From IMG/VR virus record IMGVR_UViG_3300029904_000009, positions 2,378-66,377 of that record: DNA of 64,000 nt. One strand, given 5' to 3'. This document shows, piece by piece, positions 20,366-33,052 of this stretch. The position numbers and the translations under genes were made by a program. Within the stretch, counting starts at the first letter, position 1. Each line of letters begins with the position of its first letter. The DNA is from a virus. Under the pieces are notes generated by a model. The model was not told the origin of the DNA. It saw only the letters and a program-made list of their open reading frames with translations, and searched no databases.

Positions 20366-20446
20366 CAAGTTCCTCCTTTCTTTGTCGTGATACGCTGGCA
20401 AACGGAATAATTTCTTGATTTCGTTTTCCAGACTTACTATTATAAC

Positions 20447-20471
20447 ATTTTATGAAATCAAAAATAAAAAA
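20447..20471 (-). promoter_or_regulatory. candidate phage late promoter motif, copy 1
   Basis: On the minus strand TTTTTTATTTTT-GATT-TCATAAAAT, about 80 bp upstream of the protease start. Confidence 0.5.
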
Positions 20472-20533
20472 GTTATAAAATTTTTCACGACAAATTTTCT
20501 CCTGCATCGCATTTTCGTTTCAACATATATTGG

Positions 20534-20558
20534 ATTTTGTAATGATAAAAATAAAATT
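20534..20558 (-). promoter_or_regulatory. candidate phage late promoter motif, copy 2
   Basis: On the minus strand AATTTTATTTTT-ATCA-TTACAAAAT, upstream of the capsid operon. Confidence 0.55.
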
Positions 20559-20575
20559 TTTGAAATTTTTTGAAA

Positions 20576-22753
20576 TTAAACCATGACAATGGCTTCATTT
20601 AGTGACAGGCTCATAGTGGGGTTATTTCCAAACTGCATAGAAATATTGTTAATCACAAAGTCTCCTGTTACCCCCAATTCTGGGAAATTAAGATGAACGA
20701 CTTTATTAACATCCAAATACAAAATTGGGATGGTTGTTAAAGATGCCGTTGCATTATAAATTAGATTATTATACAGCATTGCACGAACAGATTCATAACA
20801 GGTGCCAAAAGAATTAACTTCTTGGAAGTACTATAGCTAATCTGGATTTACGAATGAATACGCCTATCCAATAGAGATATAATACTAAGTATTTTCAATC
20901 ATTTCTTGAGGTTGACCAGTATTTTCAATAAATACTAAATCAGGAATTTCTCCTTCAAAGACTTGATTGATTTTAGTATTTTCCTACGCGATAGTTCGGC
21001 GGCCAATTCTATTCACTCCATAAACGCCGACTCCTGCGCTTGTGTCAATAATATCCAACCAATAGCGCAATTTTTCTGGAGCGATTTTTACATCAACGGT
21101 ATAACCCGCCCAAGGAGTCTCATCGTTATCTTCTCCGAAATGGTCTTCCCAACTTCTCTGGAAAGAATCCATCCCTTTTAAATCCCAAGTACTAGACGGA
21201 TCAAAGATATTTCGCCATTCGGCCATTAACTCTTCGTCATAATAAGAACCTTCAGTAGAAGTTCCATATGCCAATAATGCCTGACGATATAACTCTTCTC
21301 TCCAATTAAAATGATAGGAGGCATCCAAATCAGGAAATGCTTCATCGAGACTTAAAGCAGCGACTTCTCCCCAGGTCTCATTAACCTCATCTGGAATATA
21401 AGCATTCTCTACCACATAGCGAGAAATAGTTCCATCATTTTTATTCATCACTTTACGAATAGTCTTATGGCATAAAGAATAGTTATCTCTAATTACCTCA
21501 ATCTCTTCTTCTGTAACAGGTTTTGGTATATCTTTTGGCCGAACATCAATCGCTAAATGATATCTTACCATGACTTCACTGTTAGAATCATCTTGCTTAG
21601 TTCCCCAACAAATAAAATCATTCTTTATCTTTGAATAATCTGGATTATAGCCGATCTATGTTACTAAATTCTAATCTGCAAATTCATTGATAAAAGCATC
21701 GTCAGTATATCTTGGGAAATATAGACTCTATAAAGATTTATCTAAATCTCGAGTCTATTGAGAAATGTTGCCCTAAGAATCTACAACCTCTACTGTAATT
21801 GTTGGATCGTAATTCAAAGGAGTAACTCCCGTTGCTTGATAATTTTTAATCTGTCTGAAATGAAAAATCCCTTCTGCATCATAGAAATATTCATAATTTC
21901 CAAGAGTGGAGACAATTTCATCAAGGAGATTGGTTACTGTCTACCCCATTTTTAAAATGAGTTCTCCAGGATAAGTTAAAGGCGTTTCTCTATAACCTAC
22001 TAAATCTCCCTGATAGTAAGTATTTTCAAAACCGGCAACGGGAGGTGCGGCAATAACGAAAGAACGCCCACTGTTCTTAGCATCTATTTCACTTTGAAAA
22101 TTGATCGGAGTACTGCCTCGCCATCTTACAACTTTACGGCCGACATCTGGGACATCTTCAATTACAATACGAGAAGGATGCTCTCCGCCATAATGATTGA
22201 CAGCTTCAAAAATGATTTCTTTAATTAAAGGATACTCAGTAGTATAGTTCCCATCTTTATCATAAATAATCCTATCGTGGAAACTGGTATTAGCGGGGAG
22301 AGTGCCTCCACAAGTTCCGTTTAAAAATGCCATCTTGTCCTATAATTCAATACTCACCTATGCAGAAGAGACTGAAATGGAAGAAGAAGCTCTCGTAATA
22401 ACAAAAAGTCCTTGCTTAAACCAAAGCTCTTCTCCATACTGCGCGTATTGAGGTAAGTGATAAAAAGGATTTTTTAATCCTAAAGACAGAGAGATCTTTT
22501 TATCAATAGCAATCAAATTATTTATGTCAGTAATATTCTTTGTGTCCTCATCAAAAACAATGGTTAAAGAACACGTTTTTCTTACGGCAGAGTTAGCGGC
22601 TACCGTCATGGAGCCGCTAACTACTTTGCCTTCAAGACGAGCAATAGGATTCTCTGTTTCAAAATCAAGAACCATAATCGCCGCCAAATATTCTCTGACT
22701 TTATGCTAATTGAGCTTTAATAAAAAAGATCTATCGTTCATAAAATCAGCCAT
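20576..22753 (-). CDS. tail/baseplate protein (many in-frame TAG)
   Basis: ATG 22753 with AAGGAGG. Four ORF-track fragments share one frame to TAA 20576. Motifs VSIEL[TAG]DKMAFLNGTCGGTLPA and PDYSKIKNDFICWG. 725 aa. Confidence 0.75.
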
Positions 22754-22763
22754 AAACTCCTCC

Positions 22764-25700
22764 TTAACTTACTACACCAACAGGTATTGTAATATCAATA
22801 GTTTGCCCAGAGTCAGTAACTCTAATTTTCAGCTCACTTGCTGCGCAAGCAGCTGCGGGGCGGCTATAAGTAATTACAGCATCTGTGCTAATAGTTATAC
22901 TATTTGCTCGCCAACCTGCTGGCATAGAGGTAATGGTAAATGCAGGAGCAGCTAAGCCAGTAAAGCCGGGCTTAATATTCACTGTACCACCTGTATTTAC
23001 TCTTCCATCTGGAATTGCTCTTGCCGTAGCATCTGGAGTATAAGTTAATGCTTCTCCGCTAACGGCTCCTGCTGGAATCCGAATTGTAATCTAAGTAGTT
23101 GGACTGGCAGAATCTGCGACACTAACTACAACCTCTCCAGCCATTGCGTTTGTTGCGGGACGAGTACCAGTTACAATACCAGTAGAAGAGTCCACTTTTA
23201 CAGAATTTGGAAGCCATCCATCAGGAACTGAAATTAAAGTAAAAATTGGTGTCCCACCGCCAGTAATATCTTTCTTCAAATCAATTCGTGGAATAGCTGT
23301 GTTAATAGTTCCTGCTGGGATAGAAGGATTTCCATTATAGCTCATTGCTCCAGTGATTTCGCCTACGTTTATGGTGACTTTCGCCGTTAATCCGGTAACT
23401 CTATCTTCTACCGTAATCACACAATTTCTAGCAGGCTAAGACTTTGATTGAGAATTACCGTAGATTAGACCAGAAGCACTACAAAAATAAGGAGAAATGT
23501 TAGCGTCTGCACTAAATACAAAATCTCCAGATCCACCCGTGATTTGTACTGTTTTTGGAATATCAATGGCTTCAATTTCTGTCCATGCCTACTGTGGAGG
23601 AATATCTAAAGCTGGGCTATCTGGGAAAATGAGAGGCTCATAAACAACCCAGTTGAAAGAGATACTTGCTGTCTACTTCGCCCCGTCAGTTACCGTTACA
23701 GTAATACTGCCACTGCTTCCCAATTCAGTAGGGGTTCCTACTAAATAAGCTTTAGAAGTATCTAAAGTATCCCATTCGATTCTTACTCCTGCTGGGCCTC
23801 CACTAATACTCCAGGTATATGGAGCTACACCACCAGAAAGTCCGTCTGAAACACTGGTCTAAGGCATTGCAACGCCCTGTTGCAGAACCAATCGTAGATT
23901 TGCGGGTACCACAACATAATTCAAATATCCTGCAATTGCAGGGAAGATTACTTCAATAGTAGTAACCTAATCAGTGGGATTAAAGTCATCTGCTGGAACA
24001 GTAGCTGTTAGAACTACGCGTTTTTCTTCTCCAATAGAAGTAACAGTGCCACTGATCACTCCGTTGTTGAAACTTAAGCCAGTTGGCAAAGTGCCGGTCA
24101 TCGTATAAACAATTTTTCGGTTACTATTTGTTTTGAAAAATCTTTTGCTATACCATTCTTGAATTTTAAGATTTCGTTCAGCATAAGGAGATGTGATACC
24201 ATCCGCTGGCTCAACGATATTTGTTACCATTGGAGAGAACCATTGTTCTATGCCGTCCCAAGAGCCATAATTACCAGTGTTATCCTTAATTCTAAAACGG
24301 GCAGTCATATCAGCAGGATTTGCAATTTCAGTTGGTATACCAGAAATAGTGCCCGCTGAAGAATCAATTCTTAATCCTGGGACGATTTCATTGACTGAAG
24401 ATGTAATAACTTCATAAGTATAGGGTGGCTATCCGCCATTACCACTAATAACAGGAATAGACGACTTTTTACCCGGCACCTATGAAATTCCTGCTAATAA
24501 GTCATAATTTCCAAAAGAGTTTTTCAAACTAAAAGTCAACTTGTCAAAAGTTTCTCCTTTATCGAATACTACTCTTTTGCTTTGACCTGAGGCGTCTGTA
24601 ATTTGAACTTCAACAGAACCTCCTGCTGTAGCTCCATTACCTGTACCTTCAAAATAGAACATATTTGGGTCTTGTTCCGCACCTTCAGTTTGTCGGATAA
24701 TCCATGGAGAAAGGTCTCCAGATATTACTGTAACAGTATAGGGATAAATACCTCCTGTTACTCCAGAGAAATAAACCTTCTTTTGTTGGCCATCACTCAA
24801 GGAAGGAAGAGTAGTAATTTGCTAATTCCATTTAAGCTCAGGGACAATAACTCCTCTTGGAATCTTAATTTGAATTTTCTCTGGCAAATCTTCCGCATTC
24901 GCTGGAGTATCCTCAACTTCAATGGTTATATATCCAGCAGACATTGGTGCGGTTGGCCATTGAGTTGCTCCATCAGGAGGACCAATCTCAATATATTCTT
25001 CTAAGGTGTCTGGATTTTGCTCAATACGTCCTTCAATACCAGAAGGCAAATCCCTAAAAGTGAATTTAAATGGCGCTTTACCATTTTTAATGTCACTTAA
25101 AGGAATACGAACATAATAGTTTCCGTTATTTGAATATACAAAGGTATCGAATAAATGATAATCTTCGCTAGGATCAAAAGTTAATTGAGCAGAGATAGGA
25201 GCAATATTTATATTGACGTATCTCATTTCTCCACGAGCATCAAAAACCTTAAGAATACCAACTCTCTGTTCTGAAGCTACCTATGCTCTACCTGAGATTT
25301 TACCGTAATTGTCGATAGTAAAATCAGGCAAGAGGTACTCAGCAGAAAAACGATAATAGGGTCGATCGACATATCTCAAACCGCCACGAACTTCAGCCAT
25401 ATCGTATGTGATTACTTCGTCAGGATTATCTTTATCAGGATCGCCTTGGACATAAACTTGAATAGGATCAATAACTGTTCCAATCTGCATGGGAGCCAAA
25501 GCTCCAGCACCACCAGATGGATCATCTCCTCCTGGGTCTATATCCAATCTATGAGTAACATCAAGAAACTCAAATTTTTCAAGTTGGGCCTAAACTAAAA
25601 TTGTAATACTCGCAGATGATGGCGTTGGAGTATCAAAATCTGTAGCTGTAATCGTTGCAGTAACAGCATTTCCCTAATTTAATGGAGAGCCGGATATGAT

Positions 25701-28700
25701 TCCAGTTCCTGGATCAATAGTAATGCCAGCAGGCAATCCCTCTGCGCTAAATTTATACCCATGCGGGTACTCTGGCGTAATATTTTGTTTGCCACCGCTT
25801 ACCCCAGAAGATACATCTACTTCTTTAATTGGAACTCCCTATTCTGAATATCCAACATTAAAGTTAATACTCGGATAGAAATAAATCGGGAAATAACCTT
25901 GTCCAAATTGGAGAACTTCAGTAGCCACTTGTCCAGCAGCATCTACCACTTGGATAATCGCTTCTCCAGGTTCAACCACTTCAGTATATGCGCCGGTGAT
26001 TACTCCGTAATTATTGATAGTAAAGCCTTTTGGAAGATTTTCTGCGCTCCAAATATAATCAAAATCGCTTCCCGTTTCAGTATAACTGAATTTTAAACCG
26101 CCGCTAACATAACTAGATAAGTTGATAGGGGTGATATTAGTTCCCACCTTTTCTTCAGCAATAGAAACCCCAATCTCTTTAAAAGTCAACTGAGGATAAA
26201 TAATACCAGCGGTAATTGTCATTTGAGCGAACTCTTTTGTAACATTATCGTAAACCTATAAAGTAACTTGATGAGATGGGATAGGGTCTAAAGATGTCGA
26301 AACAGGAGTACCGCGAATTTCACCAGTATCAGGATTTAAAGTTAATCCAGAAGGTAAATAAGTAGGAGATACTACGCTAAAATTATAATCTCCACTTCCA
26401 CCCTTAACCGCGGCTATTGTCTGAATTGGTTTTATAGGAGTTCCCGCCAAAGAGTCTGGAATATTATAGATTTTATTATATTGATAAATCAATCCATCAT
26501 AAACAGCGGGGTCAAGATCACCGCGAACATAGGTATATTCATTAACCTAATTTATTACATCATTTAATTTCTCCAAATCTGCATTGTTATTTACAATATA
26601 AGTACCAGTACTCTAATCTAGTGTAAAATAAGGCTCCAAAGTTCTATCAAAACCAATGATAGCCAAATAATCTTGTTTATCAACTACTGATCCAAATGTA
26701 AGGTTTCGAGGCAGTCCTGTAATTAGCTAAGTCTAAAAAACAAAAGGTATTAGATTATAATTGATTAAGTTTTCAAGATTGTATTCAGCGATTTCTGTAA
26801 CAGTACAACTTAAATTATATACCATTCTATTAGATTTATCTTGAGGAGTAAAAGATGCTCCTGAAATCATTACAATCATATTGCCTTCAGTTTCAGACCT
26901 AAAGAGCTTTGGTTTTCCGTCAGCAAGCCAGAGCATTACGAAATCTCTGAATTTTCTTTCAAAATAAATATTCTCATCAGTTTTTTCGGTAGATCCTGAA
27001 CGTATAATATTGCGATGCAAATAATCGTCAAATACTGTCATTGGTCCAAATTGGCCGCCATAGTAATCCTAATCAAAATTTTCGGTTTCAAAAATTTCGT
27101 CTCTATTGACTTCATCCAAGGCTGCCAATTTATCGTTCTTTTGCAAAAAGTCTCTCATTCTTGCACGAGAAATGGAAAACTGTTTTATTGAATAGAGATC
27201 TTTATTCAAAATTACCAGTCGAGAACCATTATCATCATCCCACCATAATCCATTTTCATTATCATTGCGTAAAAAAGAACCTGTAGGGTCATGATTTGCT
27301 GTTACTAATCCGCTAAGAGTAAAAGTTCTATAATTAGTTTTCGCACTTCTTTGATAAAATGGGAATTGAGAACCTAAAGTTGTTTGAAACTAATCCTGAG
27401 TATTGCGTTTAAAAGTAGTAATATTTACATTTCCCTGTAAACGCAACTAATGATTACGAGTAGTTAAGAAAACGGAATCCATGTGCATTAGTCGACCATA
27501 ACCGGGATTATCATAACCCCAATCATAAATATCTTCAACTAAAGCATATGCAATGCCGTCAGCATTCTTCAATACCGCAATATATTGATACTCTTCTCCC
27601 ATTTCTACAGAATAGTCTCTGAAAGTAGTTTTCGCTCCACGAGCAGCATCTAATCCTTCGATAACCTTAATAGTCTCTAAAGAGTAAATATTTGCTCGAT
27701 AAATTGACAAAGTGCTCCCTTCCTAATATACTTCTGGATCATCGGGAATTATAGTACCATCTGGCTTTTTTGGAAGTTCGGGGATAGATACGGTTTTCGC
27801 CAAACACCCATCCTCATTTTCCTCTCCATATAGTTTTGCCTCTTCAATCAAAGGGATGCGTTCTCCAGTATCGGGGTCTTCAGATTTTAATACTGGGAAA
27901 ACTTTACTATACTTTAAAGGTACAATAGTAAGAGTTCGGCCGCGAATCGTATTGTTTTTAGTAATAGCTTCTAATGAAACTAATATTCTTTGAACTGGAG
28001 CGATTGGCAGTTTTACTTTTAAAGTATAAACTCCATCCTGTTGGCGCTATCCATTAAATACCAGGGTATTAAAAGTAGAACCATACAAATCAGCATATTC
28101 GTATACAATTTTAATCTATTCTAGAGGATCATCCAAAACTGGAGCATAACGATATTCCAATTCGGGGATAAAATCGTTGTAATTTGCAGTTAAAGAAACT
28201 GCCGCTGACCCATAACAATATACTGTCTGGACATTAGACCATTCTCCAAACCATGAAGGTATCGCACTTGTTGAACGCGCACGCCAGGCAGCAAATCCAC
28301 CAAAATCGCGGTCGCTAATACCGGAGCCTGTCGTCCACAGAACATCATTGCCAAATCTTACTTGTACACAGTAAGTAGTTCCCTGTTGTGGGCGCCCGCC
28401 GTCAAAGCAAAAGTAAGGAATTGAAATCTCATAGTTTCCACTATCCTTTCTATGGAAATAATTATGAGATTCTTCTCGATTAAAATATAATACATTTCCA
28501 TCAGGTGATCTATCCCTATTAACTGCCGCTTCGTTGGTAGACTAATACTTAATAGATACTTGGATATGCCCGATGTCCTCAATAGGATTGACATCGGGCA
28601 TTTTGAATTCAATATTATAGTAATTATCTAAACCGGCAACTTCGGCATAAGGAATAGCCTACGCTTTTGCTTCAAGGACGGGAGGATATAATGTTGCCAT
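22764..28700 (-). CDS. giant baseplate/tail-fibre protein with tandem Ig-like (He_PIG-type) repeats (TAG=Gln)
   Basis: ATG 28700 with AGGAGG. Ten ORF fragments share one frame to TAA 22764 (1978 aa). N-terminal FERKFRDFVMLWLADGKPKLFRSETEGNMIV; C-terminal repeats such as LPSGLTLNPDTGEIRGTP and LPAGITIDPGTGIISGSP. Confidence 0.75.
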
Positions 28701-28721
28701 AATTCTCCTCCTTAACTGTGA

Positions 28722-29111
28722 TTATTCAACAACTTCAATAAACTCCATCAAAGGCTCAAGAATTGCAATAGGAAGGGAATCTTTATCAGTTACCTGAATA
28801 GGAGTATACTCAATTTCGATAGTCTCATCAGATAATTGACTAAGCGCCTCATTTACTTTGTCAATTTTATCATCCGGAATTTTTAAACTGCCGTTTGGCA
28901 AACGCTCTCCGCCGGCCTGTTCAGCCAGAGTGGTTACTGTTTCAGATAATTTAATTGCCTCTTCTTGCAAAGTTTTCTTTAACTTAATCAAATTATACAT
29001 TTGCACCACTTGGAGTTTTGTTTCATTCTTATTGGCCTCCCAAGCAGAAAAGAGAGCATTTGCAGTATTCTGCAATTCATTGGTAGTAAGAGTTTTCTTA
29101 ATAGTTGTCAT
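28722..29111 (-). CDS. hypothetical protein
   Basis: 129 aa, AAGGAG RBS, TAA stop, no TAG. Confidence 0.75.
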   Translation of the reverse strand: MTTIKKTLTTNELQNTANALFSAWEANKNETKLQVVQMYNLIKLKKTLQEEAIKLSETVTTLAEQAGGERLPNGSLKIPDDKIDKVNEALSQLSDETIEIEYTPIQVTDKDSLPIAILEPLMEFIEVVE

Positions 29112-29129
29112 ATTTATTTCTCCTTTTTA

Positions 29130-30767
29130 TCAGTTTTGTGCCGCCTAATTTGCGATAGTCTTGTCAGATTTTTTATCATTTGGTAGTTGCGGACGGCCGG
29201 CGCCACCAGTAGAATCTGAAGTTACGGAACCAGAACGTGCAGTATCAGCCTATCCTCCAACGGGTGTAACTTTACCACCAGAGAGAATTTGCTGCTGTTG
29301 CGCCTTAATATCACTCCAAGTATCAGAAGACATGGTATTGGAGCTAAATGGAGGCAGCATATAAGCATCAAGCTGCATAATCTGCTGTTCGAGTTTTGCC
29401 ATAGAGATAACCTCTTTCTGGGTATGCCCAAGAGCAACCATTGGCAGGAAGCGGCTAAAGCCGATCTTTGTAAGATTCTCATACTTACTGGACATATCAG
29501 AAGAATTAAAGATAGAAGTAAGCAGCATCTTCATGCGGAACTTCAAATCTTTCTTGTTAAACTTCCATTCAAGATAGCGATTAAAGAATTGCTCAAATTG
29601 CAGAAGCAGAGGTTTAATATAAGCCTCGTCAATAATAATTGACTTTTCAAGAGCAAGGTTGCCGTCGGTATTAAACAAATTGGCTGAAATACCAAGGGCG
29701 TTATAAACACTATTTTGAGCGGCTTCGAGGTTATTTTGAGATTCAGTACCGTTACTTGTTGCCAAATCTTCAAGCGATACTTCTGCAACAGTAGACAATA
29801 CACTTACTCCAACAGCATCACCGACCATATCTACGGCATTTTGGTTTAGCTGTTGAAGTTCTTTCATAGTGAATGGAATTTGACCATTTTGATCAAGTTC
29901 AAACTTCTGAATCAAAATCTTTTGGATTTGCTGAAGCAACTTCTCTTTTTCAAGATCTTCTACTTCATCAAGTCCAATAATGTCAGGAATTGCGTATAAG
30001 AAGGGTGGAATGTCCTCATCATTAAAGTTAAACTTAAATGAACGGTTCATATCCAGCAAAATCCAGCCCGCCTCATCACCTTGCTCTTCAGCAGGGAGTT
30101 TGCCAGCTTTATATTTGCGATACCCGGCTTGGAACTCTTCAGGGAAAAGACCAAGAAGTTTCTCTCTATACTTTTGATCAGAAGTTACTTTATCAAAGTA
30201 TTGGACATTAAATTCCACGAGAGGCATTCCCTTATAAAGAAAACGGGAACGACAGAAATCAACAGGCAAATCTTGGACAACAAGTTTATCATTTACATCA
30301 TCACAGATGTAACCATAATAGCAGCCCTCAATACAAACCGCATTTGCCCACTTACGGCACATTAACTGAATCGCCGAATTATCAAAGTGCTCGAGTAGCA
30401 CATTGAATTTCTTTAGAATCTTGTCGCTAAACTCGTCTGTCATTTCTAAATCAAGATCGAGATTTGGATAAAGCAGAAAGTCATATTTATAAATATCTGC
30501 CAAATAACGAACAGCACGAGCATAGACGCCATTGGTTTGGAAGAAATACTTTGACAGAGAACGAATTTGTTTTAAATCTGTGCCCTTAGTTGTCTCGATC
30601 ATTTTGTCATGTGTCTGTCGAGTCCAGTCAACAGAATTTCGGCCCTTGCTATCCTCTTTATAAATAATAGCCTCAGCCGGTTTAATAGTCATTTTACGGA
30701 CTTTTAACAAACCAAAGTCCATTGGCGGGCGCGGAGTATTGACGCGCTTAAACATAGGCTTATCCAT
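29130..30767 (-). CDS. portal protein (2 in-frame TAG near the C-terminus)
   Basis: ATG 30767 after AAGGAGG; SKYFFQTNGVYARAVRYLA and DLPVDFCRSR. Past TAG 29250 the frame continues ADTARSG...GGAGRPQLPNDKKSDKTIAN[TAG]AAQN to TGA 29130. 545 aa; lies downstream of terL. Confidence 0.8.
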
Positions 30768-30781
30768 ATTGCCCTCCTTTC

Positions 30782-31171
30782 TCAATCAAAGTATTTACCC
30801 TACTCCAAAATGGAGTCAAGTGTCATTGAATTATATTCAGTGTATGGAATTGCGACTAAAGTATACCCTTTAACCGCGCAGTAGGAACGCTTTCTCTTAT
30901 CGTTAGCCTACTGTCTTGCAAAGCCTTCCTTAGTTTGGAACTTTTGCTTGTAATGCTATTCACCTTGCATTTCCAAAAGAAACTTTGGTCTTTCTTTTTC
31001 CATATCTTCTGGAGACTCAAAAATAGCAAAATCAAAGCGCAGCGGGATGCCTCGGTCTGATTTCAAATCAGGGAAAGAAAATTCTGTAACATACAAAATG
31101 TCTCCCTAATCAAGAAGCATAGCTGCCTTTCGCTCCATGATGGAAGGATGGTCATTTTCTTGCCAAGGCAT
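30782..31171 (-). CDS. Vsr/DUF559-like PD-(D/E)xK endonuclease (4 in-frame TAG)
   Basis: PLRFDFAI...LLEMQGE[TAG]HY...FARQ[TAG]ANDKRKRSYC...LVAIPY matches the family pattern E-x-x-G-E-Q-H-Y. AGGAGG RBS. 129 aa; absent from the ORF track. Confidence 0.8.
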
Positions 31172-31208
31172 TTATGTTCCTCCTTGTCATCGCTTTATTA
31201 TATAAAGC

Positions 31209-31233
31209 ATTTTATAACATCAAAAATAAAATT
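31209..31233 (-). promoter_or_regulatory. candidate phage late promoter motif, copy 3
   Basis: On the minus strand AATTTTATTTTT-GATG-TTATAAAAT, upstream of the endonuclease/portal genes. Confidence 0.55.
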
Positions 31234-33052
31234 ATTTCTTTCTCTTTCGTAGATTAGAAGTGTATTGTCCATTACCCTTCAAAGTAATACGAGAGCGCAT
31301 AGACTTCTATCCATCTCGACGACCAGCGATTTTCATAGCCTGGTCCCAAGAAATCGCTTGGCGCATCAAAGCACGGTCATCAATCTCTATTTTAATATAC
31401 CAAAGAGCATAGCCCATAGCAGACACTTTATCCTTCTTGATATTCTTATTTGTACGGTCAAGAATAATGTTTACACCTTCATGCTTCTCTTCCAAGTTAA
31501 TCATCTAATCTTTCAAGATAGATGTTTGCATAAATGGCACAATCCAATTTGCTTTATCGTCTTCAGTCATATCTTTAAACTTTAAAGCACGACTTGCGTC
31601 CATTTTCATCTTGGCCTGACGCTCATCAATAAGAAAACGCAGTTTGCCAGTAGTTAATTGCGTTTGCAGATTAGCATACATCTCTGTATTGAATGGAGCA
31701 TTTGCTTTGATAATATAAAGCAGATTTGGGATCATATCTGCACTCTTAAACTGGTTATAGTAGCCTTTATCATCATTGGCTACACCCCAAGGTCGCAAGA
31801 ACTGATTGGTGCGAACATCTACTTGAGATTTAATCAATTCATCAATTAGGCCGGCGCCAACGCCCGCGCCGTCGATGACGACTGCTCTTGGATGATATTT
31901 TTCATAGAGCAGCTTAATTTCAATCGCTTGCTCGGCGAAGTGCATTTGCTCGAAGGAATAGATATTGACAAGATGCTTCGTAGATGTTGTACCTGTTTGT
32001 GGGATATATTTCCATACACAAACTTCAGATTGGTCAGAGAAACGGCCAACGTCAATACCAAATACATAATCTACGCCTTTGCCAAGGTTCTTTTCTCTCT
32101 CAAATACTGGTTCTTGGAGAGAACGGTATTTGTCAAATGTCTCTGCCGCGAAGTAAGCATTTTCAGAACCACTGGACCAGCGACTCAAATATTCACGACC
32201 AAAAGAAGTGGGATTGAATGTGCCACTCATCTTTTGCTAGCGAATAAAGTCCATATTCTGCAATCCTGCAATAATAGGGATTTTATAGGAACCACCCAGC
32301 ACGATTGCCTTATTTGGCTCTGTTAACTGACGCAACAGCGTTCTAATCAAAGTATGATAGGCATAGGTATCCTTAAATCCAGCGGTTGTAACGCAAATCT
32401 TTTGCTGAGAGATAGTTTCAGCCTTATTAAATTCGCCATTTGCCGCACGACGCTGAATAGCGAGGGTAGGGATAATAACTTCCTGAATAATATCAGGATC
32501 ACCCTCAATAATCTCCTCAAGAGTCAAGCCAGTGAAACGCAGACCACGAGAAGATTGTTTAGCGGCAAGGTTGCTCATTTGAGAGCCGTTCTTAAAGTAA
32601 ATAGTGAACTGGTCTTTGACCTTCTCTGTCTTTCTAATCTCAAAGCGCAAGATTGGCAACAAAGTAAGGATTTCTGAGACTTTGGACTCCAAAATGGCCG
32701 CAGACTGACCTTTAGTTGTAGCCGCAATAGCCAACTTAGTATTTGGATATAAAATGCACTCTAACATATTCCAGAGGTCATCAATAAAGGACTTTGAAGT
32801 ACCACGGCTGAATGTTAAGAATACATCTTTGTATCTCGCCATCGCGCGCAAAAAGATTCGCTGGTATGGGAACAGTTTGAAAGTACAATCTTCTCCAGAC
32901 GCTTGAATATACATATCAACAAGTTTATCTGGATAAGCTCGATAGAATGATATTGCTTTTCGATATTCTTCGATATTATCAAGGATTTCTTGTTTGCTGA
33001 CTACTCGCGTAAGAAGATTGTTTTGGTTATTCTTCTTAATCGGTAGTGGCAT
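31232..33052 (-). CDS. terL: terminase large subunit (3 in-frame TAG)
   Basis: ATG 33052 with GAGGAGG. ATPase motifs FSRGTSKS, RGLRFTGLTLEE and CVTTAG; nuclease motifs FGIDVGR, VIDGAGVGAGLID and KDKVSA. Fragments are joined at TAG 32237, 31505 and 31307; TAA 31232. 606 aa. Confidence 0.9.
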
